From positions 1 through 60,876 of IMG/VR virus record IMGVR_UViG_3300021961_000097: a stretch of DNA of 60,876 nt; one strand, given 5' to 3'. Position 1 is the first letter of the stretch. Each line of letters begins with the position of its first letter. This DNA is from a virus (lineage: Duplodnaviria > Caudoviricetes). Both the position numbers and the translations under genes were made by a program. Below, in pieces: positions 36,104-45,825 of the stretch. Below the pieces are notes generated by a model that made no database searches, was not told the DNA's origin, and saw nothing but the letters and a program-made list of their open reading frames with translations.

Positions 36104-37510
36104 CTAGTTGCTTTTGTATCCTTGTATATAGTGCATGAAATCTTTGTTGGTAAAGTAAAAAGGTAACGACGGATCAGGCACCCCAGAGTATAGTTTTTTT
36201 GATCCCACAGAGCCTTTAAAAATTACCTCCCAACTATTTAACGTCCATCCTCCAGCATGGGACAACCTATCCAGGCAAACTTCATACTGGGATTGGGGCA
36301 TTTGATTTATTGAAAAATTTTTTAATATTTTTCGTATTTTTTTTATTTGAGAACCTTCTGGGTGTTTTATCCCATAATCTTTCCAAAACGGTGTATCTTC
36401 TCTGGTTGTTAAATAATGGGCGTGGATAAAATTTTTTAATTCTTCTTGATCTTCCTTGACGTATTTATTTATCCAACTAACTATTCTTCCTGCTCTATAG
36501 TTCTCAATGTTTCCTTTTAGCATATCTATGAATAAACTTAAGTAAGATATGGTCTTCCAAATACTTGTGGCTTCTAGTGGTTCTACAAAATGATGTGCTA
36601 AACCACATCCAAAACAATTTTTAACTAATATTTTTTCATGCGCGCCTGGATCAAATTTAAACTCTCTGCTGTCTAGTGGCAGGTCTACACCAAAAGATTC
36701 CTGTATTTCGTAGATGATGTCTTCTTTAGTGGCATAGTTATCATCATATACATATCCCATACCGTACCTGTCTACCACTGGAATTTTCCACACCCATCCA
36801 CTCTTCATGGCTATGGCTTCTGTTCCTGAAATAAAACTCTCATTAGCATCTATTTGTTTAAAAAATGGAATTGCGGCGTTCACTCCTAACACGTCTGAAA
36901 ATGATTTCCATTTAACCTTATAATGTTTTCCTAGTATTTCTCTTCTAAACCCTGAACAATCAAAAATAAAATCTAGTTCAATAGTTTTTTTATCATCAAA
37001 ATGTAATCTTTTAACTTCGCCATTACTTCCGTTTTCTACCCCTACAACTTTTTTATCAATATGCTCAATTCCCCTACTTAAGGCAATTTTTTTTAGGAAA
37101 ACAGCAAAAAGTCTAGCATCAAAATGGACTGCGTAACTTGGTCTAAAAGAAAACTGATCTGGAGGAGGGGGGCCATACGGAACTTTTTTGTTTAAGCACA
37201 TTTGTTCAGCCTTGTGGCTCTGATCATAATTAAAAGCATGAAAGTAAGCAGTACCCTCACCTGCCCAGTTTTTAAACAAGATTCCATACTTTACAGTAGC
37301 CTTACACTCCTTAAATACATCTAAAATATTTATTCCAACACGATCAAAAAAATTTAATATATTAAATACTGTGCCCTCCCCTGCCCCTAAAATACCAATC
37401 TCTTCACTAGCTATGACTGTTATTTTTGTATTAGGGAAACTGGCGTTTACCATTAAAGCGGTTATCCATCCCGCTGTTCCTCCGCCTAGTACGACAATTT
37501 TTTTACTCAT
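36104..37510 (-). CDS. Flavin-dependent halogenase (tryptophan halogenase family)
   Basis: GGGTAGW, GAGEGT, ATVKYGI (catalytic Lys position), FIFDCSGF, GWVWKIP, FVEPLEAT. Confidence 0.9.
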   Translation of the reverse strand: MSKKIVVLGGGTAGWITALMVNASFPNTKITVIASEEIGILGAGEGTVFNILNFFDRVGINILDVFKECKATVKYGILFKNWAGEGTAYFHAFNYDQSHKAEQMCLNKKVPYGPPPPDQFSFRPSYAVHFDARLFAVFLKKIALSRGIEHIDKKVVGVENGSNGEVKRLHFDDKKTIELDFIFDCSGFRREILGKHYKVKWKSFSDVLGVNAAIPFFKQIDANESFISGTEAIAMKSGWVWKIPVVDRYGMGYVYDDNYATKEDIIYEIQESFGVDLPLDSREFKFDPGAHEKILVKNCFGCGLAHHFVEPLEATSIWKTISYLSLFIDMLKGNIENYRAGRIVSWINKYVKEDQEELKNFIHAHYLTTREDTPFWKDYGIKHPEGSQIKKIRKILKNFSINQMPQSQYEVCLDRLSHAGGWTLNSWEVIFKGSVGSKKLYSGVPDPSLPFYFTNKDFMHYIQGYKSN

Positions 37511-37521
37511 TATATTTAAAC

Positions 37522-38244
37522 TTATTTTTGTTTATGATATGAGCCTGTGAAACAATGATTGGCATGTCTAATACGATCTAGCATCATAGGATCATTTGGA
37601 GACACTGAACTTACATCTATTTTTAACTTGACGTCTTCTAATGGCACAAAATGACAAATAGGAGTTCCTGCCTTAATAAGAAACTCTTGTTCTTCTTCTT
37701 GTTTTTTTATAAACAAATTAACCATTACTTGGGTTACTTTATAAAAATTTAGTACACCTGGTAAAATTTCTAGTCCCTGTAGCGCAACAACTTCCCATGC
37801 TGGTTTTAATGCTAAGAATTCTAACGATCTATCTGTGCTAAACGTCCAGGGAGTGACTAACTTTATTTGAAGATATTCTTTATCTGAAACCATAGATGAA
37901 TACTGATTATATGGATGACATTTAATTGAACTTTGTGCATCTGCATATTGGTACTTCCAGTAATCTTCATTTCTTGGCCCAACTCTTAGATATAAATCAG
38001 ACCACATTGGAACCATAATACCTTTTTTATACAAGTCAATTCTGCCAGGGCAATGCCTTATATTTTTAATAGATTGTTTTTTGTCTGCAAGTTCTCTAGC
38101 TATATCAATTGAAGATGGAGCAGGTAATTTATTTACCCAATCAGGTATTTTTGGCTTTGACGGGGCATAAAATTTATGAATGCCGTTGTTGTATAGTGTA
38201 TAGGCTTTTACAACTACAGACTTATTTTTAAAAATATTAATCAT
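37522..38244 (-). CDS. Hypothetical protein, possible dUTPase-like beta-clip fold
   Basis: RHCPG...VPMWSD, KLVTPW, ILPGV, IKAGTPICHFVP; start uncertain. Confidence 0.65.
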   Translation of the reverse strand: MINIFKNKSVVVKAYTLYNNGIHKFYAPSKPKIPDWVNKLPAPSSIDIARELADKKQSIKNIRHCPGRIDLYKKGIMVPMWSDLYLRVGPRNEDYWKYQYADAQSSIKCHPYNQYSSMVSDKEYLQIKLVTPWTFSTDRSLEFLALKPAWEVVALQGLEILPGVLNFYKVTQVMVNLFIKKQEEEQEFLIKAGTPICHFVPLEDVKLKIDVSSVSPNDPMMLDRIRHANHCFTGSYHKQK

Positions 38245-38245
38245 G

Positions 38246-38830
38246 CTATTTAAATCCCCCAAAGCAAGCTATTGAGTATCTTCCTAGTCCTTTTCCTTGA
38301 TGCTTTTCTTCTAGGGATATTTCTTTTGCTTGATGTTTCATCCAGCTTTGAAAAATATACGTTGTGTTAAAACTACATTCTAAGCATTTATCAAAATCCT
38401 CAAAATATAAATCTCCACCTACAAATTTTTTTGGTTGTTGAAATAGAAAAGTTAAAAACGTAAGAGAAGCAAGATCAACGTGGCTTTTATATCCTTGTTT
38501 ATTTTCATAATAATTTAATAACGTACTGTCATAATTTAAATTGTTTAAATTACGAAAACATAACGGCATGGTTCTTACATCTATATTAAATAATTTCCTG
38601 TTGTATCTAAGAATGCAAGACGTATTTCTATCAACATATAAAGTATCTAAAAATATTCCCTTGCCTGTTTTGGCCTCACGGAAGCTGTTTGTCTCTGAGG
38701 CATCTAAAAATTTATTTGTAAGACATAAAAAATTTAATTCTAAATTAATATCTGATAACTCTTCTTTTGTGTAAGTATTATCTACTTTAATAACTTTGAA
38801 ATCTTTGTCTTCGATTAGACTAATGTCCAT
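38246..38830 (-). CDS. 2OG-Fe(II) oxygenase
   Basis: YKSHVD, GGDLYF, H...RYSI. Confidence 0.85.
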   Translation of the reverse strand: MDISLIEDKDFKVIKVDNTYTKEELSDINLELNFLCLTNKFLDASETNSFREAKTGKGIFLDTLYVDRNTSCILRYNRKLFNIDVRTMPLCFRNLNNLNYDSTLLNYYENKQGYKSHVDLASLTFLTFLFQQPKKFVGGDLYFEDFDKCLECSFNTTYIFQSWMKHQAKEISLEEKHQGKGLGRYSIACFGGFK

Positions 38831-38836
38831 AAACTT

Positions 38837-39079
38837 TTACTTTATAATATGATTGTTGTGTATGACGACTGTATCTGTACCAGCATAAAAGGTAAGAAAT
38901 CCAATACAAGCTATGTTCCAATCCGGCCCAGTTTGTTCTGACCATGACGGGACATTTATTGAAACGTGTCTAGCTAAATACTCTTTCTGATTGTTTTCAA
39001 ATACACGCCAAACATGATCTATGGTACCTCTATTGGGTTCCCCCCTGCTTTTGTTAAAGCGGATATGGTATTTATTCAT
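38837..39079 (-). CDS. Hypothetical protein
   Basis: IRFNKSRG...HVWRVFEN...WNIAC. Confidence 0.75.
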   Translation of the reverse strand: MNKYHIRFNKSRGEPNRGTIDHVWRVFENNQKEYLARHVSINVPSWSEQTGPDWNIACIGFLTFYAGTDTVVIHNNHIIK

Positions 39080-39082
39080 TAT

Positions 39083-39478
39083 TTATTTTTCATTTGGGGC
39101 AATAGGCCAAGTGACTTTACTGGGATACCCCGGCTGTTTTTTTACGTCACGCAATTCTTTGCGGTACTTAATCCATTCTTGCTTTTCTGCAATAGTCATA
39201 GGCACGTCGGATAACATGGCCCAATCACTTTTAAGTAGGTAATCTTTTATTCGTCTGTCCAGATGGTCTTTTTCGGTAAGAGGGGGCGGGGGGTCAGGCA
39301 CTTCAATGTCGGTTTCAATCCATGCCAAATTAGGAAGGTTTACCCAAGACAAGTCGGATAATCTATCTTTAACACCGTGCATACCAAAAATTGGCCCCCA
39401 TTGATCCGGCAATAGCACCGGATCGTTTAGTGGGGTATTGGTAGTTTTATCAATTAATTGCCAGAGTTTTCTGGGCAT
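39083..39478 (-). CDS. Tail fibre assembly chaperone-like protein
   Basis: LLKSDW..LSDVP.....EWIKYRKELRDV..QPGYP..VTWP..P. Confidence 0.8.
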   Translation of the reverse strand: MPRKLWQLIDKTTNTPLNDPVLLPDQWGPIFGMHGVKDRLSDLSWVNLPNLAWIETDIEVPDPPPPLTEKDHLDRRIKDYLLKSDWAMLSDVPMTIAEKQEWIKYRKELRDVKKQPGYPSKVTWPIAPNEK

Positions 39479-39723
39479 TGTGTATTTGGGAAAAGCGAAA
39501 ACATTTTTTGTACGAATTCAATATCATGTGGCATAACTATTACATAGTGGTAAGTACCGTCATCTGTTCTCATACCCACCTCATAACATCCATTAAATGT
39601 AGTGCCTATAACCAAACTTCGGCTTCTAGTAAGATTGGACTTTATAGCATTAAACCCAAATTTTTTTTCTAACTCTAAAAGTTCTGGGGGTCTTTCTTGC
39701 TTTAGTTTATCTTTTTCTTTCAT
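39454..39723 (-). CDS. Hypothetical protein
   Basis: Tiles between Gly-rich gene and chaperone. Confidence 0.6.
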   Translation of the reverse strand: MKEKDKLKQERPPELLELEKKFGFNAIKSNLTRSRSLVIGTTFNGCYEVGMRTDDGTYHYVIVMPHDIEFVQKMFSLFPNTQCPENSGN

Positions 39724-39724
39724 A

Positions 39725-40678
39725 TCAGAACGGACACCATGAAATAGTTACACTCCCACCGGGAGGCACTGTCACTGGATAACTGCCAGCCCCTCCTAAC
39801 GGTTGACAACAATAGCTAGTTGGCGTACCTGCGCTACCAGCACTGCCCGGATTTCCAGCAGTTCCGTTACCCCCCGCGCCACCGCCGCCGCCGCCGCCAG
39901 ACTGCCCTCCAGGTGCAGTGTAGGTACCATTTACTGGGTTGTAGCCCGTCCCACCGGAGCCGCCATTTCCACCTCTTCCACCTTGTCCAGGGTTAGTATA
40001 TGGTGTTTGTCCTCCGGTTCCACCGGCGGTGCGAGTTCCAGCATTTGCTGGGTTATTTCCAGTTGAAGGATTTCCACTGGCCCCAGCGCCGCCACCCGCA
40101 CCCGGAATCAAACCTCCTGATGGCTGGTCTTGCCAAGCACTTCTTCCGCCGCCACCGCCGCTACCGCCATTTCCTGCTGATCCACCGGAGCCTCCTACAC
40201 CTCCTGGCCCCCCTGGAAAACTTAATGGAGTAGGCAAGCAAGCAATAGTCGTGGCTGTTCCCGTGCTTCCCGTGCTTCCTGTATTCCCAGCACTTCCTGC
40301 TTGGCCCGTACCGCCACCGCCACCATAATTATTATAGGTGTAACTATATCCGTTCATGCCAGCGCCGCCACCGCCACCGTTTCCAGCCCCAGGACCCACA
40401 CCTGCTAGACCGCTTGCGCCGGAGCCACTATAACCCCACTGAAGGTAGCCATAAGTGGGACATCCCCACTGAGGAGTGCCGCCACCGCCGCCGCCACCGC
40501 CGCCACCGCCGCCACCGCTATTACCACTGCTACCCGTGTCTCCTGCTCCACCAACGCCTGTGGCGTTAATTTTTTGGAGGCCAGAAGGAGCGACAAAAGT
40601 GCCCGGTGAAGTAAAGACTTCACATCCGCCGGGAGTTTCGCCTCCCATAACACCAATTCGAGAAGTTCCTATAGGCAT
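39725..40678 (-). CDS. Glycine-rich fibre-like virion protein
   Basis: FTSPGTFVAP.G...GVGG N-terminus, poly-Gly runs, GSVTISW C-terminus; chaperone gene nearby. Confidence 0.75.
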   Translation of the reverse strand: MPIGTSRIGVMGGETPGGCEVFTSPGTFVAPSGLQKINATGVGGAGDTGSSGNSGGGGGGGGGGGGGTPQWGCPTYGYLQWGYSGSGASGLAGVGPGAGNGGGGGAGMNGYSYTYNNYGGGGGTGQAGSAGNTGSTGSTGTATTIACLPTPLSFPGGPGGVGGSGGSAGNGGSGGGGGRSAWQDQPSGGLIPGAGGGAGASGNPSTGNNPANAGTRTAGGTGGQTPYTNPGQGGRGGNGGSGGTGYNPVNGTYTAPGGQSGGGGGGGAGGNGTAGNPGSAGSAGTPTSYCCQPLGGAGSYPVTVPPGGSVTISWCPF

Positions 40679-40712
40679 TTTTGTGTCCCCTAGAGGTTAA
40701 ATATAGAACATA

Positions 40713-41333
40713 TCATATATAAAGCCAGCCCGTTAGTACATATTTGGCGACGTTCCCATAGACTGGATTTCCTCGATGAGGATGAGTATACGTTGCAGGC
40801 CAAAAAATTATGGTATTTTCTTTAGGGGTTACCCTGAATTCTTGTCTTATAAATTCAGTTTCTCCACAATTTTCAGCGGCAAGAGTATTTAAATATGCTA
40901 GGAACACTACATATCTGCTAGGTTCGTTTGGGCCTTTTTCTGAATGCCAAACATGATAACCGCCGCCCGGCATGGTTTTTTGTAGCTTGATTGCGGAAAG
41001 TCTTAAATTTAGGCTTTTAATGTCACCGTAAGCTACTTTATCCGAATATAAGCAAAAAGAATTTCTCAACCCATCTTCAATGTGAGGTTGCCAATGTTCT
41101 TGAGTGCCTTGGTTGTTATACAAATGAAATAGCCTAGAATCTAATTCGGAATAGTGCATACATACAGATAGGTCATCTTTAATATTTCGTGGACAATTGT
41201 CATTGACTTGTCTATCAACCATTGTATTTTCTGCTTGAAGAAAATCTATCGCTTTAACTAACTGCGGACATACATAAGGGGGGAAAACATTTTCTATAAT
41301 CCCTATGTCTCCTTTGTAATTTATTAATTTCAT
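40713..41333 (-). CDS. 2OG-Fe(II) oxygenase (prolyl-4-hydroxylase-like)
   Basis: QKTMPGGGYHVWHSE, YLN, GETEF, WPATYTHPHRG, KYVLTGW. Confidence 0.9.
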   Translation of the reverse strand: MKLINYKGDIGIIENVFPPYVCPQLVKAIDFLQAENTMVDRQVNDNCPRNIKDDLSVCMHYSELDSRLFHLYNNQGTQEHWQPHIEDGLRNSFCLYSDKVAYGDIKSLNLRLSAIKLQKTMPGGGYHVWHSEKGPNEPSRYVVFLAYLNTLAAENCGETEFIRQEFRVTPKENTIIFWPATYTHPHRGNPVYGNVAKYVLTGWLYI

Positions 41334-41938
41334 GAAAATGGCCTACTACCGTTGACCCAACAAACTAAAGATTGCCTTTCCCCAGATGTTACTGGAGTAA
41401 CTTTATGTACCAAGAACGAAGGGAAAAACACAGCCAGCCCTTTTTCTTTTGGTATTTTTTCTTCTTTTGAGCCTCGCATAAAAAGAAATTCTCCACCCTC
41501 ATATTCGTTTGGATCATTTAGCTGTAAGGCAACACTAAGTTTTCTAATTGGTCCTGATCCACAGTCCATGTGCCAATTGTAGTTTCCTTTTTCATTTCCT
41601 TTGTAGTTAGCTAATTGTATTGGCGCAATATGCGAAAGTTCATATTTAAAAAACTCTTCATTAATATTTTCTACATATTTTGCAATACGCTTAAATACCC
41701 ATTCACTTGTTTTTTCACTTTTTAAAAAATGTACTTTACTTATTCTTATTGTTTTTTCTAACCTGCCTTCTCCTTTCTTGCCGCCAACAATTGCATCTGA
41801 ATGTGCCTGCTTGGCAACATTAGCTAAATAATGTAATTCTTCTTGGTTAAAGATATCTCTTTCTATGTAAAAGCGTGTTGCGTCTTCTTGCTGTTTTACG
41901 GATAGCGCATAATGGCCTTCATCTTTCATTCGGAGCAT
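41330..41938 (-). CDS. 2OG-Fe(II) oxygenase (PKHD-type)
   Basis: YNWHMD, RKLS, YEGGEF, FPSFLVHKVTPVTSGERQSLVCW. Confidence 0.92.
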   Translation of the reverse strand: MLRMKDEGHYALSVKQQEDATRFYIERDIFNQEELHYLANVAKQAHSDAIVGGKKGEGRLEKTIRISKVHFLKSEKTSEWVFKRIAKYVENINEEFFKYELSHIAPIQLANYKGNEKGNYNWHMDCGSGPIRKLSVALQLNDPNEYEGGEFLFMRGSKEEKIPKEKGLAVFFPSFLVHKVTPVTSGERQSLVCWVNGSRPFS

Positions 41939-41941
41939 AAA

Positions 41942-42514
41942 TTATTTTTCATTTGCAGTTATTATAAAATGTAAAAATTTTACCTCTGACTGCGGTTGGC
42001 CTCCTGTAAACTGATGAGGCAACCAGGAATTAAAGATAAACAAAGAACCTGGAATTATATTATTAAAATGAATATGTAAAGTAGAATCATTAATCATTTC
42101 AGAAGGTAACGCTGGTATGTCTCCCATTTGTTTTCCTGGTCTTGGGTCACCAAAAATAGGATATGGACAATTTTCAGTGGTTTCTAAAATATAAAAACCG
42201 CTAAATATACTATTCCCATGAACATGGATGTGATGGTGCGCAGGAGCAGTAATTTTTTGCCCCCATATAGTAGTTGATTTAATTTCGTATTTGTCTACTT
42301 GATAGCCACCATCGCCCAAAATATCAACAGCAATTGATTCTAAATGTTTTTTAAAATTAAAAAAATTTGAATTGTATGCCAGATTCTCACTTTGCAGGAG
42401 AAGATTCTCTGGAACATGGTTTTTGTCCCAGAGTTCTTCAATTTTAAATGTATTTAGCCATTCCGGTTCTTCTTCTCGATGTATTGCAGAAGGAAAATAA
42501 TGAAATGTCTGCAT
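41942..42514 (-). CDS. Putative 2OG-Fe(II) oxygenase (HxH type)
   Basis: HIHVHGNSIFSGFY, DPRP, FNSWLPH. Confidence 0.85.
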   Translation of the reverse strand: MQTFHYFPSAIHREEEPEWLNTFKIEELWDKNHVPENLLLQSENLAYNSNFFNFKKHLESIAVDILGDGGYQVDKYEIKSTTIWGQKITAPAHHHIHVHGNSIFSGFYILETTENCPYPIFGDPRPGKQMGDIPALPSEMINDSTLHIHFNNIIPGSLFIFNSWLPHQFTGGQPQSEVKFLHFIITANEK

Positions 42515-42517
42515 ACG

Positions 42518-42763
42518 TTATGAGTTTATCCATGTATTCAGCGTAGCCGCCAGTGTGGTGACGTCCGCCGCTGTTATAGCAGGGCTATTTGCATCAGCAA
42601 GTCTTCTATTCTCAAAAATAATAGACTGAGCCATGCGCAAACAATCTGTTTTGCAACGCATCATTTCGGTGTCTTTTGTTGCTTGTATTTGTGCGTTTTG
42701 CATAGTTGTTGCGTTTGCTACTGATGCATCAACCATTGCCTGTTCTTGCTCTGTAAGTGCCAT
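42518..42763 (-). CDS. Hypothetical protein
   Basis: AGGAG RBS; helical. Confidence 0.75.
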   Translation of the reverse strand: MALTEQEQAMVDASVANATTMQNAQIQATKDTEMMRCKTDCLRMAQSIIFENRRLADANSPAITAADVTTLAATLNTWINS

Positions 42764-42787
42764 TTTCGTGATCTCCTAAAATATCAA

Positions 42788-43966
42788 TTATGACAAGTTC
42801 TTCATTGGGATTGACACATACCATGTCGTTCCATTGTCTGGGCTTAAAAAGAACCAGATATCAGTTGCGTTGGCATCCGTAGTTCTGGCTACCACTCCTT
42901 GCGGATACTCTACCGTGCCTCCTGCAAATGCAACCGTTCTGCTTGGTGTAGCATCATTTGTCAGGATTAGGGTAAACGCCGTTGATCTATTACTGTTTTG
43001 ATTGCTATTACTAATAGTGAACGTACAGTTATCTGTCAGCGTAGCTGTAAAAACAGAGCCAGTGCTTGTATCAATAGTTGATGCAGTGCCTGTATTTCCT
43101 AGAGCAACGACCTTATCAGAATAGACACCAGTCAAGAAGCTGGCGGTAACGTCCACCTCGCCCGATCCCTTGGGAGTTAAATTAATATCTACATTTGTAT
43201 CACTACCACTTGCTGATATAGTTGGCCCAGAGCCTGTTGCGGCATTAGCTACCGTAATCTCATTTACCGCTGATGCTGTAGCAGTAACTTTGATTAGTTC
43301 ATTGCTATTAGTGTCCCTGAGATCAGTGTCAACGATTGCACTTGTTAGCGTCTTATTAGTAAGCGTTTGGGTATCTGAAGTGCCTACAACAGTGCCGCTT
43401 GGAATAGCTTTCTGTGCGGCTGAACCGTCGATATTCCCTGATCCATCGGAAAGAACAAAACTGCTTGCCGCAATTCCAGAAAGAGTATTGCTGTCAGCAG
43501 ATATCGTTTTATTAGTAAGCGTCTGAGTTCCATCAGCTAGAACAAGGCCGGTATTTACAACCGCCGCGCCTGCTCCGGCTCCGTCCAAGTAAACCGCCCT
43601 GGTCTGCCCTGTTGGAATAGTAACATTCCCGCCGCTTCCTTGGCTGATATCAATGCTCTGAGACCCTGTTGTAGCATTTTCAATGATCATTACCCTGGAA
43701 ATAGTGTCAGGGCCTATTGTTAGGGTCCTGGTAGCCGTCAAAGTGGCGCTTGAGGTCACTTTAAAATACAAGGCACGGGCTGGATCAGTGGTGCCGTCTG
43801 CCACAGTAGTAGTGGCATTTGCGTCACTAGCAAAGCAGTCCTGGGTAGCGTATCCCAAGGAATCCGCAATCAACTGGAGGTTGGTATTTGTGCTTGTGCC
43901 CCAAGTGCCGGACTCGTCACCCGTGGCGATTTCTTTCAATCTAAGGTTATTTACATAAGTTGCCAT
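42788..43966 (-). CDS. Tail fibre protein
   Basis: GDESGTWGTSTNTNL N-terminus; two TQTLTNKT repeats; Ser/Thr-rich. Confidence 0.8.
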   Translation of the reverse strand: MATYVNNLRLKEIATGDESGTWGTSTNTNLQLIADSLGYATQDCFASDANATTTVADGTTDPARALYFKVTSSATLTATRTLTIGPDTISRVMIIENATTGSQSIDISQGSGGNVTIPTGQTRAVYLDGAGAGAAVVNTGLVLADGTQTLTNKTISADSNTLSGIAASSFVLSDGSGNIDGSAAQKAIPSGTVVGTSDTQTLTNKTLTSAIVDTDLRDTNSNELIKVTATASAVNEITVANAATGSGPTISASGSDTNVDINLTPKGSGEVDVTASFLTGVYSDKVVALGNTGTASTIDTSTGSVFTATLTDNCTFTISNSNQNSNRSTAFTLILTNDATPSRTVAFAGGTVEYPQGVVARTTDANATDIWFFLSPDNGTTWYVSIPMKNLS

Positions 43967-43978
43967 TGGTGTTTACCC

Positions 43979-44190
43979 CTATTCCAAAGTAGAGCCACTA
44001 GCTTCGGGCACGCTAGTAGCATAAATTCGCATATTTGTGCGTAAGTTTAAGGCTTCGCCGCAGTCGGAACAAGTATCAGCCGCTAATTCAGACTCATCCA
44101 AGTCAAAACCGCAGTTAGCGCAAACTACTTCAATTTCATGCTTTGGGTCTATTGCGGCACCCACCTGCGTTGCCTGTCTTAATGTTTTCA
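43979..44190 (-). CDS. Small Zn-ribbon protein
   Basis: CANC...CSDC; start uncertain (44190 or 44209). Confidence 0.7.
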
Positions 44191-45063
44191 TGCGGCTATC
44201 TCCACCCATGTTACAGTTTCATTGGGCACAATCATGCCCCATACCAATACATCGCCCACCGTTCCTGTTGCCTGCACCCCAATTGGGTAAACCCGTGCCT
44301 TACCTGTGGCGCTCTCATTACCTAAGACTCCAGTTGCTGAGACTCCGGTTACATTTACCCTCAACTGGAGGTAAGCGGTTGCAGTGCCTAGCGTTGTTGT
44401 CGCAGATAGCCCCGTTTCAGCAACATTGGCATCAGCAGTAATACTAACCGTTCCTACGGCTGAAGTACCCTGTACGCCTGTTGCGAACTCAGTATGACCT
44501 CCCTGAACCCCTGCATCGCCTAGTGCGGTAGTCCCTGCAACCCCTGTCACTGCCACTATAGCGGCGGCATCTACTGTAACGGTTCCAAGACTTGCTGTAG
44601 CCGCCTGACCTAGAACATCAATGTTGCCATCAGCGTTTGCAACGACGTTTCCGAGCGTTGTGGTGCCCTGTACGCCAGTAACAAAGGTCGTGCCGCCTAG
44701 CGATAGGCTTGCGGTTCCCAGGCTAGTTACAAGGGCATCTATCGTACTTGCTTCGCCCCAAACGCCTGTGCCCCAACCGCCTCGACCCCAGCCGTCAAAG
44801 TAGACTGTTACGTTCCAGACAGCGTAGTTGGCAATACCTGTTGCTGAAACCCCAGTTACATTGACGTTGGCATCGGCTGTCTGGGCTGAACTGCCCAGTG
44901 CTGTAGTGCCCTGTACTCCAGTAACACTGAAGTTATTAACGGTCTGGGTTGTTACCGTACCTACCTGTCCAGTAGCCACGGGAGTTGCTGGGCTATCACT
45001 CCACCCATCAGACCCCCATGTGCCGTAACCCCATCCGGTTACGGGGACGATAACCCCAGCCAT
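44188..45063 (-). CDS. Virion fibre-like protein with ~22-aa pseudo-repeats
   Basis: GWG..TWG motifs; repeated VTGV.[GA]T..LG. Confidence 0.75.
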   Translation of the reverse strand: MAGVIVPVTGWGYGTWGSDGWSDSPATPVATGQVGTVTTQTVNNFSVTGVQGTTALGSSAQTADANVNVTGVSATGIANYAVWNVTVYFDGWGRGGWGTGVWGEASTIDALVTSLGTASLSLGGTTFVTGVQGTTTLGNVVANADGNIDVLGQAATASLGTVTVDAAAIVAVTGVAGTTALGDAGVQGGHTEFATGVQGTSAVGTVSITADANVAETGLSATTTLGTATAYLQLRVNVTGVSATGVLGNESATGKARVYPIGVQATGTVGDVLVWGMIVPNETVTWVEIAA

Positions 45064-45066
45064 TTA

Positions 45067-45513
45067 CTAGGCAATCCTGATAATCGCGTTAGACGCATCC
45101 GCAGTCGGGAACACAATTGTGAAGTCACCGGCAGTAGATGTCTTATCAGAACCGAAGTCCAATACCGCAACTGACTTGTCAGACTGAGTGCTGTTGTAGA
45201 TCAACGCACCACGGGCCGTGATTGTGGCTGTAGACCATGTAGTATCTGCGAAATCAGTGTAGGCAGTCGTGCCAGAGCTTGTAGGAGCAACCGCTGTTAG
45301 GGTGTTGCCACCTGCGGTGTAGCCAGTGCCTGACGCCTCATTAGACGTGCTATACGCTGTAGTGGTAGCGTCCAAAGTGGCAGAACTGGTGAACAATGCA
45401 ATTTTCATTGTGTCAGCAGTGGTGCCTGCACGGGCCACAGTGGTTCCAAAGGCGTGAATGCCGTTAAGCAGTTCGACCTTAAAAGACGTACACATTGCTT
45501 GTGTGATTGCCAT
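45067..45513 (-). CDS. Virion structural protein
   Basis: MAITQAMCTSFKVELL...YTAGG...ARGALIYN...VLDFG. Confidence 0.8.
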   Translation of the reverse strand: MAITQAMCTSFKVELLNGIHAFGTTVARAGTTADTMKIALFTSSATLDATTTAYSTSNEASGTGYTAGGNTLTAVAPTSSGTTAYTDFADTTWSTATITARGALIYNSTQSDKSVAVLDFGSDKTSTAGDFTIVFPTADASNAIIRIA

Positions 45514-45518
45514 GATAA

Positions 45519-45824
45519 TTACCTCATTTTGCTAATAATTCGAGCCAAATCAGCATGGCCCTGTTTTGATAACTCGGCACAAATAGTCGTTCTATCTGAG
45601 CGAATTGCCTCTTGCATATAAAAGACCAGGACATATTTAATCCGATCTCTGTATGCGTATGCTTGCGCTTTAATTGCTGGGTCAGCAGTTTCACTGACGG
45701 ACAAAATCTTTTCTAGCGCCCGATCAGCTAATTCTTCCGGTGTCCAGCCACGTTCAGTAGTGGTGAAGACCCTTACATCAGTCCAATCTGGACCATTAAT
45801 TTTTCCTTCAACGCCATTCAACAT
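45519..45824 (-). CDS. Conserved hypothetical protein
   Basis: TTERGWTPEELA...QAYAY...AIRSDRTT. Confidence 0.75.
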   Translation of the reverse strand: MLNGVEGKINGPDWTDVRVFTTTERGWTPEELADRALEKILSVSETADPAIKAQAYAYRDRIKYVLVFYMQEAIRSDRTTICAELSKQGHADLARIISKMR

Positions 45825-45825
45825 A

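Noticed and set aside
40477-40518. GCC/ACC triplet run as a phase-variation tract
   Set aside because: In-frame poly-Gly codons with mixed third positions; slippage would not shift the frame.
39725-43966. Diversity-generating retroelement acting on fibre genes
   Set aside because: No reverse transcriptase and no template/variable repeat pair with adenine-specific differences seen.
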